Origin: Promethearchaeota archaeon
Lineage (GTDB): Archaea > Asgardarchaeota > Lokiarchaeia > Sigyniarchaeales > SOKP01
Reading direction: 5' to 3'
DNA: 32,000 nt
NCBI GenBank assembly: GCA_030606485.1
Contig: JAUWGH010000013.1
Location: forward strand, 1-32,000
Shown: piece after piece, positions 7,991-17,466 of the stretch
Position numbering within the stretch: position 1 is the stretch's first letter
How the letters are laid out: the number at the start of each line of letters is the position of its first letter
Translations under genes and position numbers: made by a program
Notes under the pieces: generated by a model
The model's database searches: none
Told to the model about the DNA's origin: nothing
Seen by the model: the letters and a program-made list of their open reading frames with translations, nothing else

Positions 7991-8740
7991 TTGAGTAAAA
8001 ATGACAAGTTTAAAATGAAAATTAATAATTTTTTCGATTGGTTGCAAAAAAAAGAAGAAAAAATTGAAGTTTCTTTAACGATTCCTAAAATTGTAAGGAT
8101 TTCGACAATTGGAGTAATAGTAATTTTTATTTCTGCATTAATTATAGGCGTGATTGTTGCTCAATTGGACCCTGATGGCTATAATATTATTGATAATTAT
8201 ATAAGTGATCTTGGATCATTTAATCACACTCCTATACCTTATTTTTTGGACTATGGAGCGATGATTTCAGCTTTTTTATTAATCCCCATTATATTTTATA
8301 TGGAAAAACAATTTGCGCCACTCCCAAAGGATGCAAAAGATTTACAAAATTATTCTCGAATGAGATTTCGATTAAGTAGTCTCGGTTTTCTATCTATGCT
8401 TATTGGAGTAGTGGGATTTTTTGGGATTGGATTATTTTCCGAAGATCGTACAACACCATTGGGTTTACATATGATATTTTCGATTATTGTATTTAGTGGG
8501 TTTGTAATTGCCGGAATTTTTTTTGGATTATTAATCACATTTTATCCTACAAGGATTCCAAGACCAATTGGGATATTTATGATTTTTGGACCCCCCATTG
8601 TAGCAATAATATTTTTATTAAATTTTCCCCCATCAAAACCATTTTGGGAGTGGATGATTATGTTTTCGATATTTATTTGGATAATTCCAGTTGGAATAAT
8701 ATTAATTAAAAAAATAAGTAAAGAATTGGCTTTAAAATAA
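7991..8740 (+). CDS. DUF998-family membrane protein, tandem paralog
   Basis: GYNIIDNYISDLG signature and colinear similarity to the upstream gene. Start is TTG 7991 or a slightly downstream ATG. Confidence 0.8.
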   Translation: MSKNDKFKMKINNFFDWLQKKEEKIEVSLTIPKIVRISTIGVIVIFISALIIGVIVAQLDPDGYNIIDNYISDLGSFNHTPIPYFLDYGAMISAFLLIPIIFYMEKQFAPLPKDAKDLQNYSRMRFRLSSLGFLSMLIGVVGFFGIGLFSEDRTTPLGLHMIFSIIVFSGFVIAGIFFGLLITFYPTRIPRPIGIFMIFGPPIVAIIFLLNFPPSKPFWEWMIMFSIFIWIIPVGIILIKKISKELALK

Positions 8741-8769
8741 TTAAAATTAGCCATTTATGTTTTAAATTG

Positions 8770-9450
8770 TTAAGTTGATTCAGGTGTGCCTTTCTTAAAG
8801 GGTTTTAAGCGGGGAAATCCTTTTTCAATCATATTGATAATGTTGCCGTAATTTCTATTAAATTCGATTTCAATTTCATCATAAGGAAAATCAATATATA
8901 CGCCCCTATCTCCGACATATTCTACGAAAATATTTCCATTAACATCATAAGGAGCCAAAAGTCCGTCATTTTCACCATCAAATTCAACCATTGGTAAAAA
9001 TCCAGCTTTAAGGGCAGTATTTTTATCAAAAACGGGAGTAGCCTTAACCCATTTACCATTAAGATAGAGTTCAGAATATCCATGAAAATAAAATACATTT
9101 GTCCCCATTAATTCCACAATTCTTTTAGGAACTAGATGATTTATGATGTCCACTATATGAAGTTTAGCTGGTATCCCGACAGCTCTCGCTAATGTAGATA
9201 ATAAAATCGCCTTAGACACACAAAATCCGTTCATTCGGCGAATAGTTATACTTGCCTTGAAATTATTTTTACGCATGTAAAATGCCATCATGTTATATTT
9301 TATTTTATCTCTAACCCAATAAAAAAGAGCAATCGCTTTCTCTTTATCAGTTTTTAAACCTTTTGTGATTTCAAGGGCTTTCTCTCTAACATTGCGCTTA
9401 TTAAAATTGAAAAATTCAGTTGGTTGTAAATATTGTTCTAATTTATTCAT
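8770..9450 (-). CDS. Transglutaminase-like superfamily protein
   Basis: GFCVSKAILLSTLARAVGIPA (Cys), FHGYSELYLNGKWVKATP (His). Confidence 0.9.
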   Translation of the reverse strand: MNKLEQYLQPTEFFNFNKRNVREKALEITKGLKTDKEKAIALFYWVRDKIKYNMMAFYMRKNNFKASITIRRMNGFCVSKAILLSTLARAVGIPAKLHIVDIINHLVPKRIVELMGTNVFYFHGYSELYLNGKWVKATPVFDKNTALKAGFLPMVEFDGENDGLLAPYDVNGNIFVEYVGDRGVYIDFPYDEIEIEFNRNYGNIINMIEKGFPRLKPFKKGTPEST

Positions 9451-9533
9451 AACCTGATTTATTATATTGTGAATAAAAAATAAATATTATTAATATTTTT
9501 AGTAATTGCTTAGTTAAGCAAAATTAAATAATT

Positions 9534-11390
9534 TTAATGATCCTGCAATAAATGTTGAAGATATCGTTGAGCAATCAGGTCTGAACTAACTTTACCTAAA
9601 ACCTTTCCTTCTTTAACAACTGGTATAGCTGAAATTTGATATTGTTCAAACTCTCGTACAATATCTAGAATAGTAAAATCTGGAGAGGCTGTAATAACAT
9701 CCTTTGTCATTATTTTATCAAGATTAACATCACCAACTTCATCAGCATTAGATTTAGTAATATCCCATACAGTTACCACTCCTACAAGCTTATCTTCAGA
9801 AAGTACAGCAATAATACTGCTATTTTTTTCAATGATCAATGTAGAAGCCTCTTGTATATTGCTATTAACATCAATGGTTGGTATTGGAATCATGATATCT
9901 TTCGCTGTGCGCTCACTTTCTTTTGCGGTGAGACGTTGAAGGCTGATACGCTCAGCGGCTACACAAGGGAGCATATCTGGGTGTGATACTAATAAATCAA
10001 CCAATTCTATCATGTTATTATGAATAACATTTTCTCTATATTCCTCTCCTGCTTTCAAACGTTGTTTTGAAAGTTCAACAAATTCTTTAGTGTGATCTGT
10101 TAGCCATTTTTCCACTGCTTCACGATCACCTAACATTTCCTCGGGAACTTGTAAATAGTCTGGTGTCTTTACAATATGTTCTTGCGCAGCAAAAATTACA
10201 CCACCTGAATTTACCAAATAATCATTTGCTATCATTACTCCCTTTTCACGATACACAATTTGTTCCATGCGGGTCCGAGCAGCTTTTCTATTTGGATCTG
10301 GGGAGTAAGTATTTGCGCCTTCAATAATTACTGTCCAGTTTCCCACATGATCAACTGTTGTTGATGCATTTTCAGATGGATGAACACCCAGATAATTAAA
10401 TATAGGAGCGGCAGGCACTAAACAAAAAGCATTTTCAAGAAGTAAATTATTTGAATTTGTAGAAAATTTAGTAGGATGCTTATATCCCTCCAATATTATA
10501 TTTTCTTTAAAATAAGCATTAGTAACTAACCTCTGTTCTCTCCATAATTTGAAAAGGTCCTCAATTGGAAGGCCAGATTTATTATATAAATAACCCTCCA
10601 AATCACTTATACCTATTATTTTGGCTTCAGGAATCCGCTCTTTCAAAATACGTGCTGCATGTGCGCCAACAGCACCAAAACCTTGTATTAATATTTCAAG
10701 ATCTTTAGATTCTGGAATTTCTAAATTTACAAATTGTGGAAGCACTCTCAACCTGGGCATTATTTCCAGTAATGTCTGCAGAGCAATTATTACACCCCCA
10801 GCAGCAGCTCCAAGTTCATCAATTCTGTTGCCACCCATATCAGCAGGTTTAGATACAGCAAAATCCAATCCATTTTCTATAGCAATAGTCTTCATATCAG
10901 CATCATTAGTACCAACATCAGGTCCCGGCACATAAACATCTCGATAACGGCGAATTAAGCGAGCAATGCCTCGTACCACTTCAACATGTTCCTCAGGTGA
11001 GAGATTGCTTTCAGCTACAATCCCTAATTTTCCACCGCCATAGGGAAGATTAGCAGCTCCATTTTTTAAAGTCATACCTCGCGCTAAATTATAAATATCA
11101 GAGGGACTAACATCCGGCAACATTCTAATACCACCCATTGACGGGCGCCCCATTGAAAGGTTATCAACTACTAAATACCCACCAATTTCTAATTCTGATC
11201 TCTCATCCCATATACATGCAACAAGATCCGGACCAATTTTATCGCAAACAATTCCTATGCTGGATAAAAGATGTTCATCTGTATGACTAAATTCCAAATA
11301 ACATTTCCCATCCTCTTTTTTAAGCCGATTCATAATAGCTGCCTTCGGAAGATGAGAACGAAGATAAGCGTCCATTTTTTTTGGAATCAT
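9534..11390 (-). CDS. Glu/Leu/Phe/Val amino-acid dehydrogenase fused to a C-terminal CBS pair
   Basis: GGIRM, MTLKN, GGGK, GPDVGT, GFGAVG, EGAN and NSGGV motifs. C-terminal AKDIMIP...LVGVVTVWDI and KIMTKDVIT...VLGKVSSDLI are CBS repeats. Confidence 0.9.
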   Translation of the reverse strand: MIPKKMDAYLRSHLPKAAIMNRLKKEDGKCYLEFSHTDEHLLSSIGIVCDKIGPDLVACIWDERSELEIGGYLVVDNLSMGRPSMGGIRMLPDVSPSDIYNLARGMTLKNGAANLPYGGGKLGIVAESNLSPEEHVEVVRGIARLIRRYRDVYVPGPDVGTNDADMKTIAIENGLDFAVSKPADMGGNRIDELGAAAGGVIIALQTLLEIMPRLRVLPQFVNLEIPESKDLEILIQGFGAVGAHAARILKERIPEAKIIGISDLEGYLYNKSGLPIEDLFKLWREQRLVTNAYFKENIILEGYKHPTKFSTNSNNLLLENAFCLVPAAPIFNYLGVHPSENASTTVDHVGNWTVIIEGANTYSPDPNRKAARTRMEQIVYREKGVMIANDYLVNSGGVIFAAQEHIVKTPDYLQVPEEMLGDREAVEKWLTDHTKEFVELSKQRLKAGEEYRENVIHNNMIELVDLLVSHPDMLPCVAAERISLQRLTAKESERTAKDIMIPIPTIDVNSNIQEASTLIIEKNSSIIAVLSEDKLVGVVTVWDITKSNADEVGDVNLDKIMTKDVITASPDFTILDIVREFEQYQISAIPVVKEGKVLGKVSSDLIAQRYLQHLLQDH

Positions 11391-11413
11391 GATTTGTTTC
11401 CCTCTATGATAAT

Positions 11414-11467
11414 TTATTTGTCAAATAAGATATGATGAATGATCTATGCAACTTCTTTATAGATCAT
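11414..11467. promoter_or_regulatory. Two adjacent inverted repeats upstream of the dehydrogenase
   Basis: TTATTTG-T-CAAATAA (11414-11428) and ATGATCTAT-N11-ATAGATCAT (11439-11467). Minus-strand TAAATATAAA TATA-like box at 11491-11500. Confidence 0.45.
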
Positions 11468-11554
11468 AATATTTGAATATAATTACTTTTTTTATATTTA
11501 CTGATATGGATTATAATAATTTTAAAATTTTTCTTTAAAAAAAAATTAAAATAG

Positions 11555-11680
11555 TTAATTCCCCCAAACTCCTTGTAGAACAGAATCGACATTACGACTG
11601 TAAGCATGTCGCATATAAATATCAGCAGAGATAAATCTTTCTGAAACGATTTTTTTTAATTTTTGATATACTTCAGACAT
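11555..11680 (-). pseudogene. Truncated N-terminus (41 aa) of a FAD-binding oxidoreductase paralog
   Basis: Translates MSEVYQKLKKIVSERFISADIYMRHAYSRNVDSVLQGVWGN*, which aligns to the N-terminus of 12967-14481 (MTLIQKLQNIVSQKFASDDIYVRHAYSRNVHPDLQGVPEY). The two share the 20-mer ACATTACGACTGTAAGCATG. Confidence 0.85.
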
Positions 11681-11739
11681 ATTTCATTCCTTAGAAAAAT
11701 CTTAAAAAATTTTAAAAAATAAAATTTGATTTAAATATT

Positions 11740-12966
11740 TTATATTTTTGTAGCAATGTAATCAATGATATCTAATACTTTCATATTTGTTTTTTCTTTT
11801 TTTACACTATCTGCTAAATTTCCAACGCAAAATGGACATTCTGTAAGCAATATATCTATACCAGACTCAACTGCCTCATCAATCCTATCTTTTGCAATAT
11901 CCAAAGCTAATTCAGGAAATTGACTTTTTACTCCACCTCCAGCGCCGCAACACCAGGCATTATTTCTATTTCGCCTTAATTCAATCATTTCTGTATTTGG
12001 TATTTTCACAATAACTTCTCGAGGTGGCTCGTAAAAATCCATATGCCGACCTAAATGACAAGGGTCATGATAGGCAACTTTTATTGCTTCTATATCCTTT
12101 TCAGGAATTTTTAAACTTCCATCGTTGATTAGATCTAAGAGAACTTCTGTAACATTAACAACTTCAAAAGGCAAATCTTGACCGAATATTTCAGGCCAGT
12201 CCTTTTTTAAAGTCCTATAACATCCTGCACATGCTACAAATACCTTTTTTGCACCAGTTTTTTTAATTTGCTCAAGATTGTGCTCAATATTCGGCTTTAC
12301 AGATTCAATATCACCAATACGTATTGCAATAGAACCACAACACCATTCATCTTCTATAACAGCAAATTCTTTTCCTGCCGAATTAAAAATTTTGGCTAGA
12401 TTTAATAAGGTTTCCTTTTGTCTTAGAGGTTCAGTACAGCCAGCATAAAAAGTGATATCCCCCATTTTAGAAACACCTTTAACATCATTGAGCCACTCAA
12501 ACTTTTTCGCTTTAGGTTCACCATAAGGATTTCGCATATCCGGATTATTCATATATTCAATTAATTTGGCATGTCGATCCAATGGTGCAAAACCTGCTTT
12601 AATTAAATCTTGCCTTAAAGCATGCCATACCTCTACATGATCAATCCATTTTGAAGTATTTAGAACAATATATGGATTATGCGTTTCATGACACGTGTCT
12701 GTACATGAACCGCATTCAGAACATTGATAAGCAAATTCTGCCAGCTCCTTACTCAAATCGAGGTTTCCTTCTAAAATACTTTTAAGAACATTCATTCTAC
12801 CTCGGGCAAACCAAATTTCAAAACCTTCTTCTCCTTTTGCTTCTTTTACAGGACAAACTAAATATCTCCCCACCGCTGGTCTTACGGCAAAACCACAATC
12901 ACCACACCCCATGCAGGACATTATGGCTTCCCATTGTTTTTTTAAATTTTCTATTTTGCTCATCAT
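11740..12966 (-). CDS. HdrD/GlpC-like Fe-S oxidoreductase (4Fe-4S dicluster plus 2 CCG domains)
   Basis: CMGCGDC...CP, CSECGSCTDTC, AGC...WCCGS...CAGC and HDPCH...WCCGAGGG...ECPFC motifs. Confidence 0.92.
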   Translation of the reverse strand: MMSKIENLKKQWEAIMSCMGCGDCGFAVRPAVGRYLVCPVKEAKGEEGFEIWFARGRMNVLKSILEGNLDLSKELAEFAYQCSECGSCTDTCHETHNPYIVLNTSKWIDHVEVWHALRQDLIKAGFAPLDRHAKLIEYMNNPDMRNPYGEPKAKKFEWLNDVKGVSKMGDITFYAGCTEPLRQKETLLNLAKIFNSAGKEFAVIEDEWCCGSIAIRIGDIESVKPNIEHNLEQIKKTGAKKVFVACAGCYRTLKKDWPEIFGQDLPFEVVNVTEVLLDLINDGSLKIPEKDIEAIKVAYHDPCHLGRHMDFYEPPREVIVKIPNTEMIELRRNRNNAWCCGAGGGVKSQFPELALDIAKDRIDEAVESGIDILLTECPFCVGNLADSVKKEKTNMKVLDIIDYIATKI

Positions 12967-14481
12967 TTAATCATCCTCCCAAAAATTAAATTTCCCACGA
13001 CTTAAAATCATGTGTGGATCGAGGGTTTTTTTAATAGATTTCATAAGGTTATAATATTCAGAAGTATAGGCGCCAATTTCAACCATAAGACGAGAGGGAA
13101 TGCTACCCATCATATAAAATTGGACTCCATGTTTTAAAACCAAGGTTAAAAATGATTTCCATAATTTAAGATTGATATCTTTGATAATTTCATGGTATTC
13201 TCCATCATGATAACAACCAAAAGTGGTAAATCCGCAAGTTAATTCTACATTATTACCATCAACCAATGGAACAACTCCAGTTCCACTAATTGGACGAAAT
13301 CCCGCTATTTTCTCGATTTTTTTCATGTTTTCTTCATTTTCCATATCCCATACTTCGATATCTTTGAGAATTTTAGGAAAAGAATTTATTGGTGTAAAGC
13401 ATTCCGTGGTAATATTTTCAAAAGCAGGTATAATCCCCCAGCAATTATGATATGTCTGCCATTGTCCTTCGGTATAGTGCCATTTGGCAAAATTCCCATT
13501 AGACATTTCTGGACCTAAATCTTCACACTTTTTATTCAAAAAAATTTTATCTAGTTGTTTTACTTTTTCTTCTAATTCTTGTTCAGAATTTGCTTCTACG
13601 ACATAAAAGACTATACCCCTTTTTCTTTTTAGATGCTCAAACATTGGATACATTCCGAATGTATTAGTGCCAAGTTTTATGAGGATTTCATCAATATACA
13701 TGGCGTCATAAACATCTATTCCTTTTTGTCTTATTTCAGTATAAATTTGAGCAACAACGTCAGCTGAATTCCGCGGACACAAGAATGTTTTATAATTCGC
13801 AAAGGGAGGTTTTGGAAATACTTGTAAGGAAACCTTAGTTTTAACACCATAAATTCCGTTATCTCCACAAAATAGTCCTGCCAGATCAGGCCCGTTGCCA
13901 AATCTGTTGAAGGGAAACTTTGAAAATTTATTTGCTTGAGATCCTGTCTCAATTATTTCACCTGTGGGAAGGACTACTTCCAAAGAGACGAGTTGGTTTG
14001 TGCAAGCTCCATATTTAGCGCACCCACCAGCACCCACAGAGTGATGAGAGATTCCACCACCAATTGAAGCAGTTAAACCACTTCCTGGACCCATACAACC
14101 AGTATAAAGTCCAAACCGAGATAAATATTCATTTAATTTTCCCCATGAAATTCCAGCCTCTACCGTGCAAATAAGATTCTCTTCATCGAGATTCACGACA
14201 TTATCCATTCTTTTCATATCTAAGATAATTCCAACATCTCCAGTTGCTATACTTCCTCCCCATTCACAATCTCCACCACCACGTGGTATAACGGGAATAT
14301 TTTCTTCATTGGCCACTTTTAGGATTTCTGATATTTCCTTAGCATCTTTTGGTCTAACTACATATTCTGGAACGCCTTGTAAATCCGGATGTACATTACG
14401 ACTGTAAGCATGGCGCACGTAAATATCATCGGAAGCAAATTTTTGAGAAACAATATTTTGTAATTTTTGTATTAAAGTCAT
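12967..14481 (-). CDS. FAD-binding oxidoreductase, VAO/PCMH superfamily (GlcD/D-lactate dehydrogenase-like)
   Basis: VVRP...IPVIPRGGG, ILDMKRM, VEAG, LEVVLPTGEII, GPDL.GLF and terminal KKTLDPHMILSRGK motifs. Abuts the Fe-S gene. Confidence 0.92.
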   Translation of the reverse strand: MTLIQKLQNIVSQKFASDDIYVRHAYSRNVHPDLQGVPEYVVRPKDAKEISEILKVANEENIPVIPRGGGDCEWGGSIATGDVGIILDMKRMDNVVNLDEENLICTVEAGISWGKLNEYLSRFGLYTGCMGPGSGLTASIGGGISHHSVGAGGCAKYGACTNQLVSLEVVLPTGEIIETGSQANKFSKFPFNRFGNGPDLAGLFCGDNGIYGVKTKVSLQVFPKPPFANYKTFLCPRNSADVVAQIYTEIRQKGIDVYDAMYIDEILIKLGTNTFGMYPMFEHLKRKRGIVFYVVEANSEQELEEKVKQLDKIFLNKKCEDLGPEMSNGNFAKWHYTEGQWQTYHNCWGIIPAFENITTECFTPINSFPKILKDIEVWDMENEENMKKIEKIAGFRPISGTGVVPLVDGNNVELTCGFTTFGCYHDGEYHEIIKDINLKLWKSFLTLVLKHGVQFYMMGSIPSRLMVEIGAYTSEYYNLMKSIKKTLDPHMILSRGKFNFWEDD

Positions 14482-14835
14482 AATTATAAGATTAGATAAA
14501 AAGAAATAAAAGGTTTAATTTTTTAAAAAATATTTTTCAATTTATTCAGGATGGTTTGTATCTATGCAGAAAAAGAAAGTTGTTTTTTTTTGTATAAACA
14601 GAGAAGCCAATTATCATTATATGTTGTTTGAATTATTGTTTCTATGAAAGAAAAGATTCTTATAATTTTGGATAAGGGGATCTAAATATATGGTAGTTAA
14701 GGAAATGATCGTATGATGAATCTTCTTTTTATTAGATTTGTAGGAAAAATTTATATTTTTATATAATGTGCCATCAATGTATTCTTTATTCGAAAAGATC
14801 TAATATTAATTTTTAAATAAAAATTGCTGATATAA

Positions 14836-15975
14836 ATGACAATTGAGAATTTGGAAAGTAACGAATCTGAATTAGGTGTATATAGGCAGTTACAGCAAAC
14901 CCTTGATGAGATGCCTAAAGGATTCCCTTCAACAAAATCGGGTGTAGAAATACGTTTATTAAAAAGGCTTTTTACTCCTGAAGAGGCGAAAATCGCTTCA
15001 AAATTAAAATTTCACTGGAAAGATTGGGAATCGTTAGAGAATATTTACAAGAGGTTGAAACCGTTAGGGTATTCGAAAGAAGAACTAGAAAACCATTTAG
15101 ATAGTATGATTAATAAAGGAGCTATATGGGGTAGGAAAGAAGGTGATAAAAAATTATACAGTCTTGCATTGCTAATTATAGGAATATACGAATTTCAAGT
15201 AAATAAATTAACAAAAGAATTTCTTGAAGATTTCAATCAATATATGCAAGAAGCTTGGGGGGAAAATGCACAAAAAATAGCTATTCCTCAAATGCGAACA
15301 ATACCAATTGGATTAAATCTTGAACACGATATTGGAATTGCTAATTATAATGACATAAAACAGCTTTTTGAAAATGTTGAGGGGCCATTTTCAATAATTA
15401 ATTGTATTTGCCGTCAAGAAATGGATCTCTTAGGTGACCCATGCCAAATTACTTCACGAAGAGAAGTGTGTATGGCATTTGGTTCTATGGCTAAATCATA
15501 TAACGATGCAGGTTGGGGGCGTGAAATCACTAAGGAAGAAGCTCTTGAAATTTTAAAGAAAAATGAAGAAGAAGGGTTAATTTTTCGACCGGGGAATTCA
15601 CAGAAAATTGATTTTCTATGCTCATGTTGTACCTGTTGTTGTGGTGGAATAAAAGGTTTAAAACAGCTACCGAATCCAGCAGATTTTGTAACATCAGATT
15701 ATTATGCTGAGGTTGATCCTGATTTATGTACTGGATGTGGAACTTGTATTGATCGTTGTCAAATGGATGCAATTTCACTAGTAGAAGATATTTCTATAGT
15801 AAATCGAAAACGCTGTATTGGTTGTGGAAATTGTGTGTTTGTTTGCAACGATGATGCCGTCCAGCTCAAAAAAAAAGATAGACAACATGTACCACCAATG
15901 ACAGGAACGGACTTATATGATGAGATTACTAAGGTAGAGTCTAAATTAAAAGCGAGAGAATTATTAAAGAAATAA
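14836..15975 (+). CDS. 4Fe-4S dicluster protein with N-terminal winged-helix-like domain and Cys-rich middle domain
   Basis: CTGCGTCIDRC and CIGCGNCVFVC ferredoxin motifs, CICRQ and CSCCTCCCG. N-terminal LFTPEEAKIA...LENHLDSMINKGAI helix-turn-helix-like pattern. Confidence 0.85.
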   Translation: MTIENLESNESELGVYRQLQQTLDEMPKGFPSTKSGVEIRLLKRLFTPEEAKIASKLKFHWKDWESLENIYKRLKPLGYSKEELENHLDSMINKGAIWGRKEGDKKLYSLALLIIGIYEFQVNKLTKEFLEDFNQYMQEAWGENAQKIAIPQMRTIPIGLNLEHDIGIANYNDIKQLFENVEGPFSIINCICRQEMDLLGDPCQITSRREVCMAFGSMAKSYNDAGWGREITKEEALEILKKNEEEGLIFRPGNSQKIDFLCSCCTCCCGGIKGLKQLPNPADFVTSDYYAEVDPDLCTGCGTCIDRCQMDAISLVEDISIVNRKRCIGCGNCVFVCNDDAVQLKKKDRQHVPPMTGTDLYDEITKVESKLKARELLKK

Positions 15976-16144
15976 AGACGAGAAAAAAGAGCTGTAAGAT
16001 AATAGCTAATATTCCTATTGAACGATCAATTTTTTTTAAAGAAAGTTAAATTCTTTAACTGGTAATCTTAAAGATAATGGATAAATATAATATCTTTAAT
16101 TTTTCCTATATAAACAAAAATAATAAATTTTAGAAGGTTAAGTA

Positions 16145-17365
16145 ATGAACGTTTTAGCATTAGGTGGATGTGGGGATATGGGGAGAATGGTAGTTGCTAT
16201 TCTTCTTGAATCCCCCAAAATTTCATTAATAACTATAGCTGATAAAAATTATGAGCTTGCGAAAACAATTGTTGAGATGATCGGTTCAGATAAATTATCT
16301 GCATTTGAAATTGATGTAAATGACAGTGAAAAACTATTTAATTTGATAGCGTCGCATGATATTGTGATGAATACTGTAGGTCCTTTTTATAAATTTGCGA
16401 AAATGATTTTAGAAGCTTGTATAAAAGCTAAAAAGCCATATATAGATATTTGTGATGATTGGAAACCGACTTTAGATTTACTGGATATGGATGAAAAAGC
16501 AAAGACTGCTGGAATCTCCGCTATTATCGGGATAGGTGCAAGTCCAGGTATTACTAATCTCTTAGCTGTTCTTGCTTGCTCTAAGCTTGATGAAGTAGAC
16601 GAGTTAATAACTGCATGGGGTTTTAGTGAAGGAAAAGAAGGAAAAAGACCTCGGTATTATGTTACAGGAAAAATGCTAAAGAAAAAATTAGGTCCTCCTC
16701 CTGAAAGAGCCAATGCCGCCGTAGAGCATCTTCTTTTCGAGACTCTTGAAAAAATTCCAACTTTTAAAAATGGAAAAATCATCGAAATTGACGCACTTAC
16801 CGAAGCTGAACCGCTTCAATTTCCTGGTTTTAAAGATACTTATGTATGTCACATTGGGCACCCAGAAACAGTCACGCTACCAAGAATAATTAAAGCTAAA
16901 ACAATATCACTGGTGATGTTTTTGGGAGAAACAGCCACTGATCTTACCCGTGAATACCGCCAGAAAATATTGGAAAAAAAACTAACTATAACCGAAGCCG
17001 CAATTGTGTTAGATAGAGAATTTAAAAATTTAATAAAGCGTGCTAGAATGGGACGAGCCCCAATAAAAGAATACATTGGAATGCCTCCAAGTTTATGTGT
17101 CATTGCCACTGGTACGAAAGATGGAAAAAGAAAAAAAGTTGCAATCGCACTTGGTCGCAATCCTTACGATGAGATGGCAGGTTTAACAGGTGTTCCATTA
17201 GCAATCGCAACAATCATGATGATTGAAGGCAAAATTAAAGGAAAAGGGGTTCTTACACCCGAAGAATCAATTGATCCTGATGAATTTTTCGATAAACTTG
17301 CTCCTTATTGTGGAAAAAATCTTATGGGAAAAGATATTTTACTTAAAAGGGAAGTTGAACTTTAA
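16145..17365 (+). CDS. Saccharopine dehydrogenase-like NAD(P)-dependent oxidoreductase
   Basis: N-terminal LGGCGDMG Rossmann motif, NTVGPF, YIDICDD, GIGASPGITN, HPET and GVLTPE. Confidence 0.88.
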   Translation: MNVLALGGCGDMGRMVVAILLESPKISLITIADKNYELAKTIVEMIGSDKLSAFEIDVNDSEKLFNLIASHDIVMNTVGPFYKFAKMILEACIKAKKPYIDICDDWKPTLDLLDMDEKAKTAGISAIIGIGASPGITNLLAVLACSKLDEVDELITAWGFSEGKEGKRPRYYVTGKMLKKKLGPPPERANAAVEHLLFETLEKIPTFKNGKIIEIDALTEAEPLQFPGFKDTYVCHIGHPETVTLPRIIKAKTISLVMFLGETATDLTREYRQKILEKKLTITEAAIVLDREFKNLIKRARMGRAPIKEYIGMPPSLCVIATGTKDGKRKKVAIALGRNPYDEMAGLTGVPLAIATIMMIEGKIKGKGVLTPEESIDPDEFFDKLAPYCGKNLMGKDILLKREVEL

Positions 17366-17466
17366 TTTTTAATTTTTTAAAAATTCTTGATATTGAAAAA
17401 ACGTTAATTAAATTAATATTATTACAATTAGAGAAAATAATTTAATGAAAATGTTGGATAATTAAT

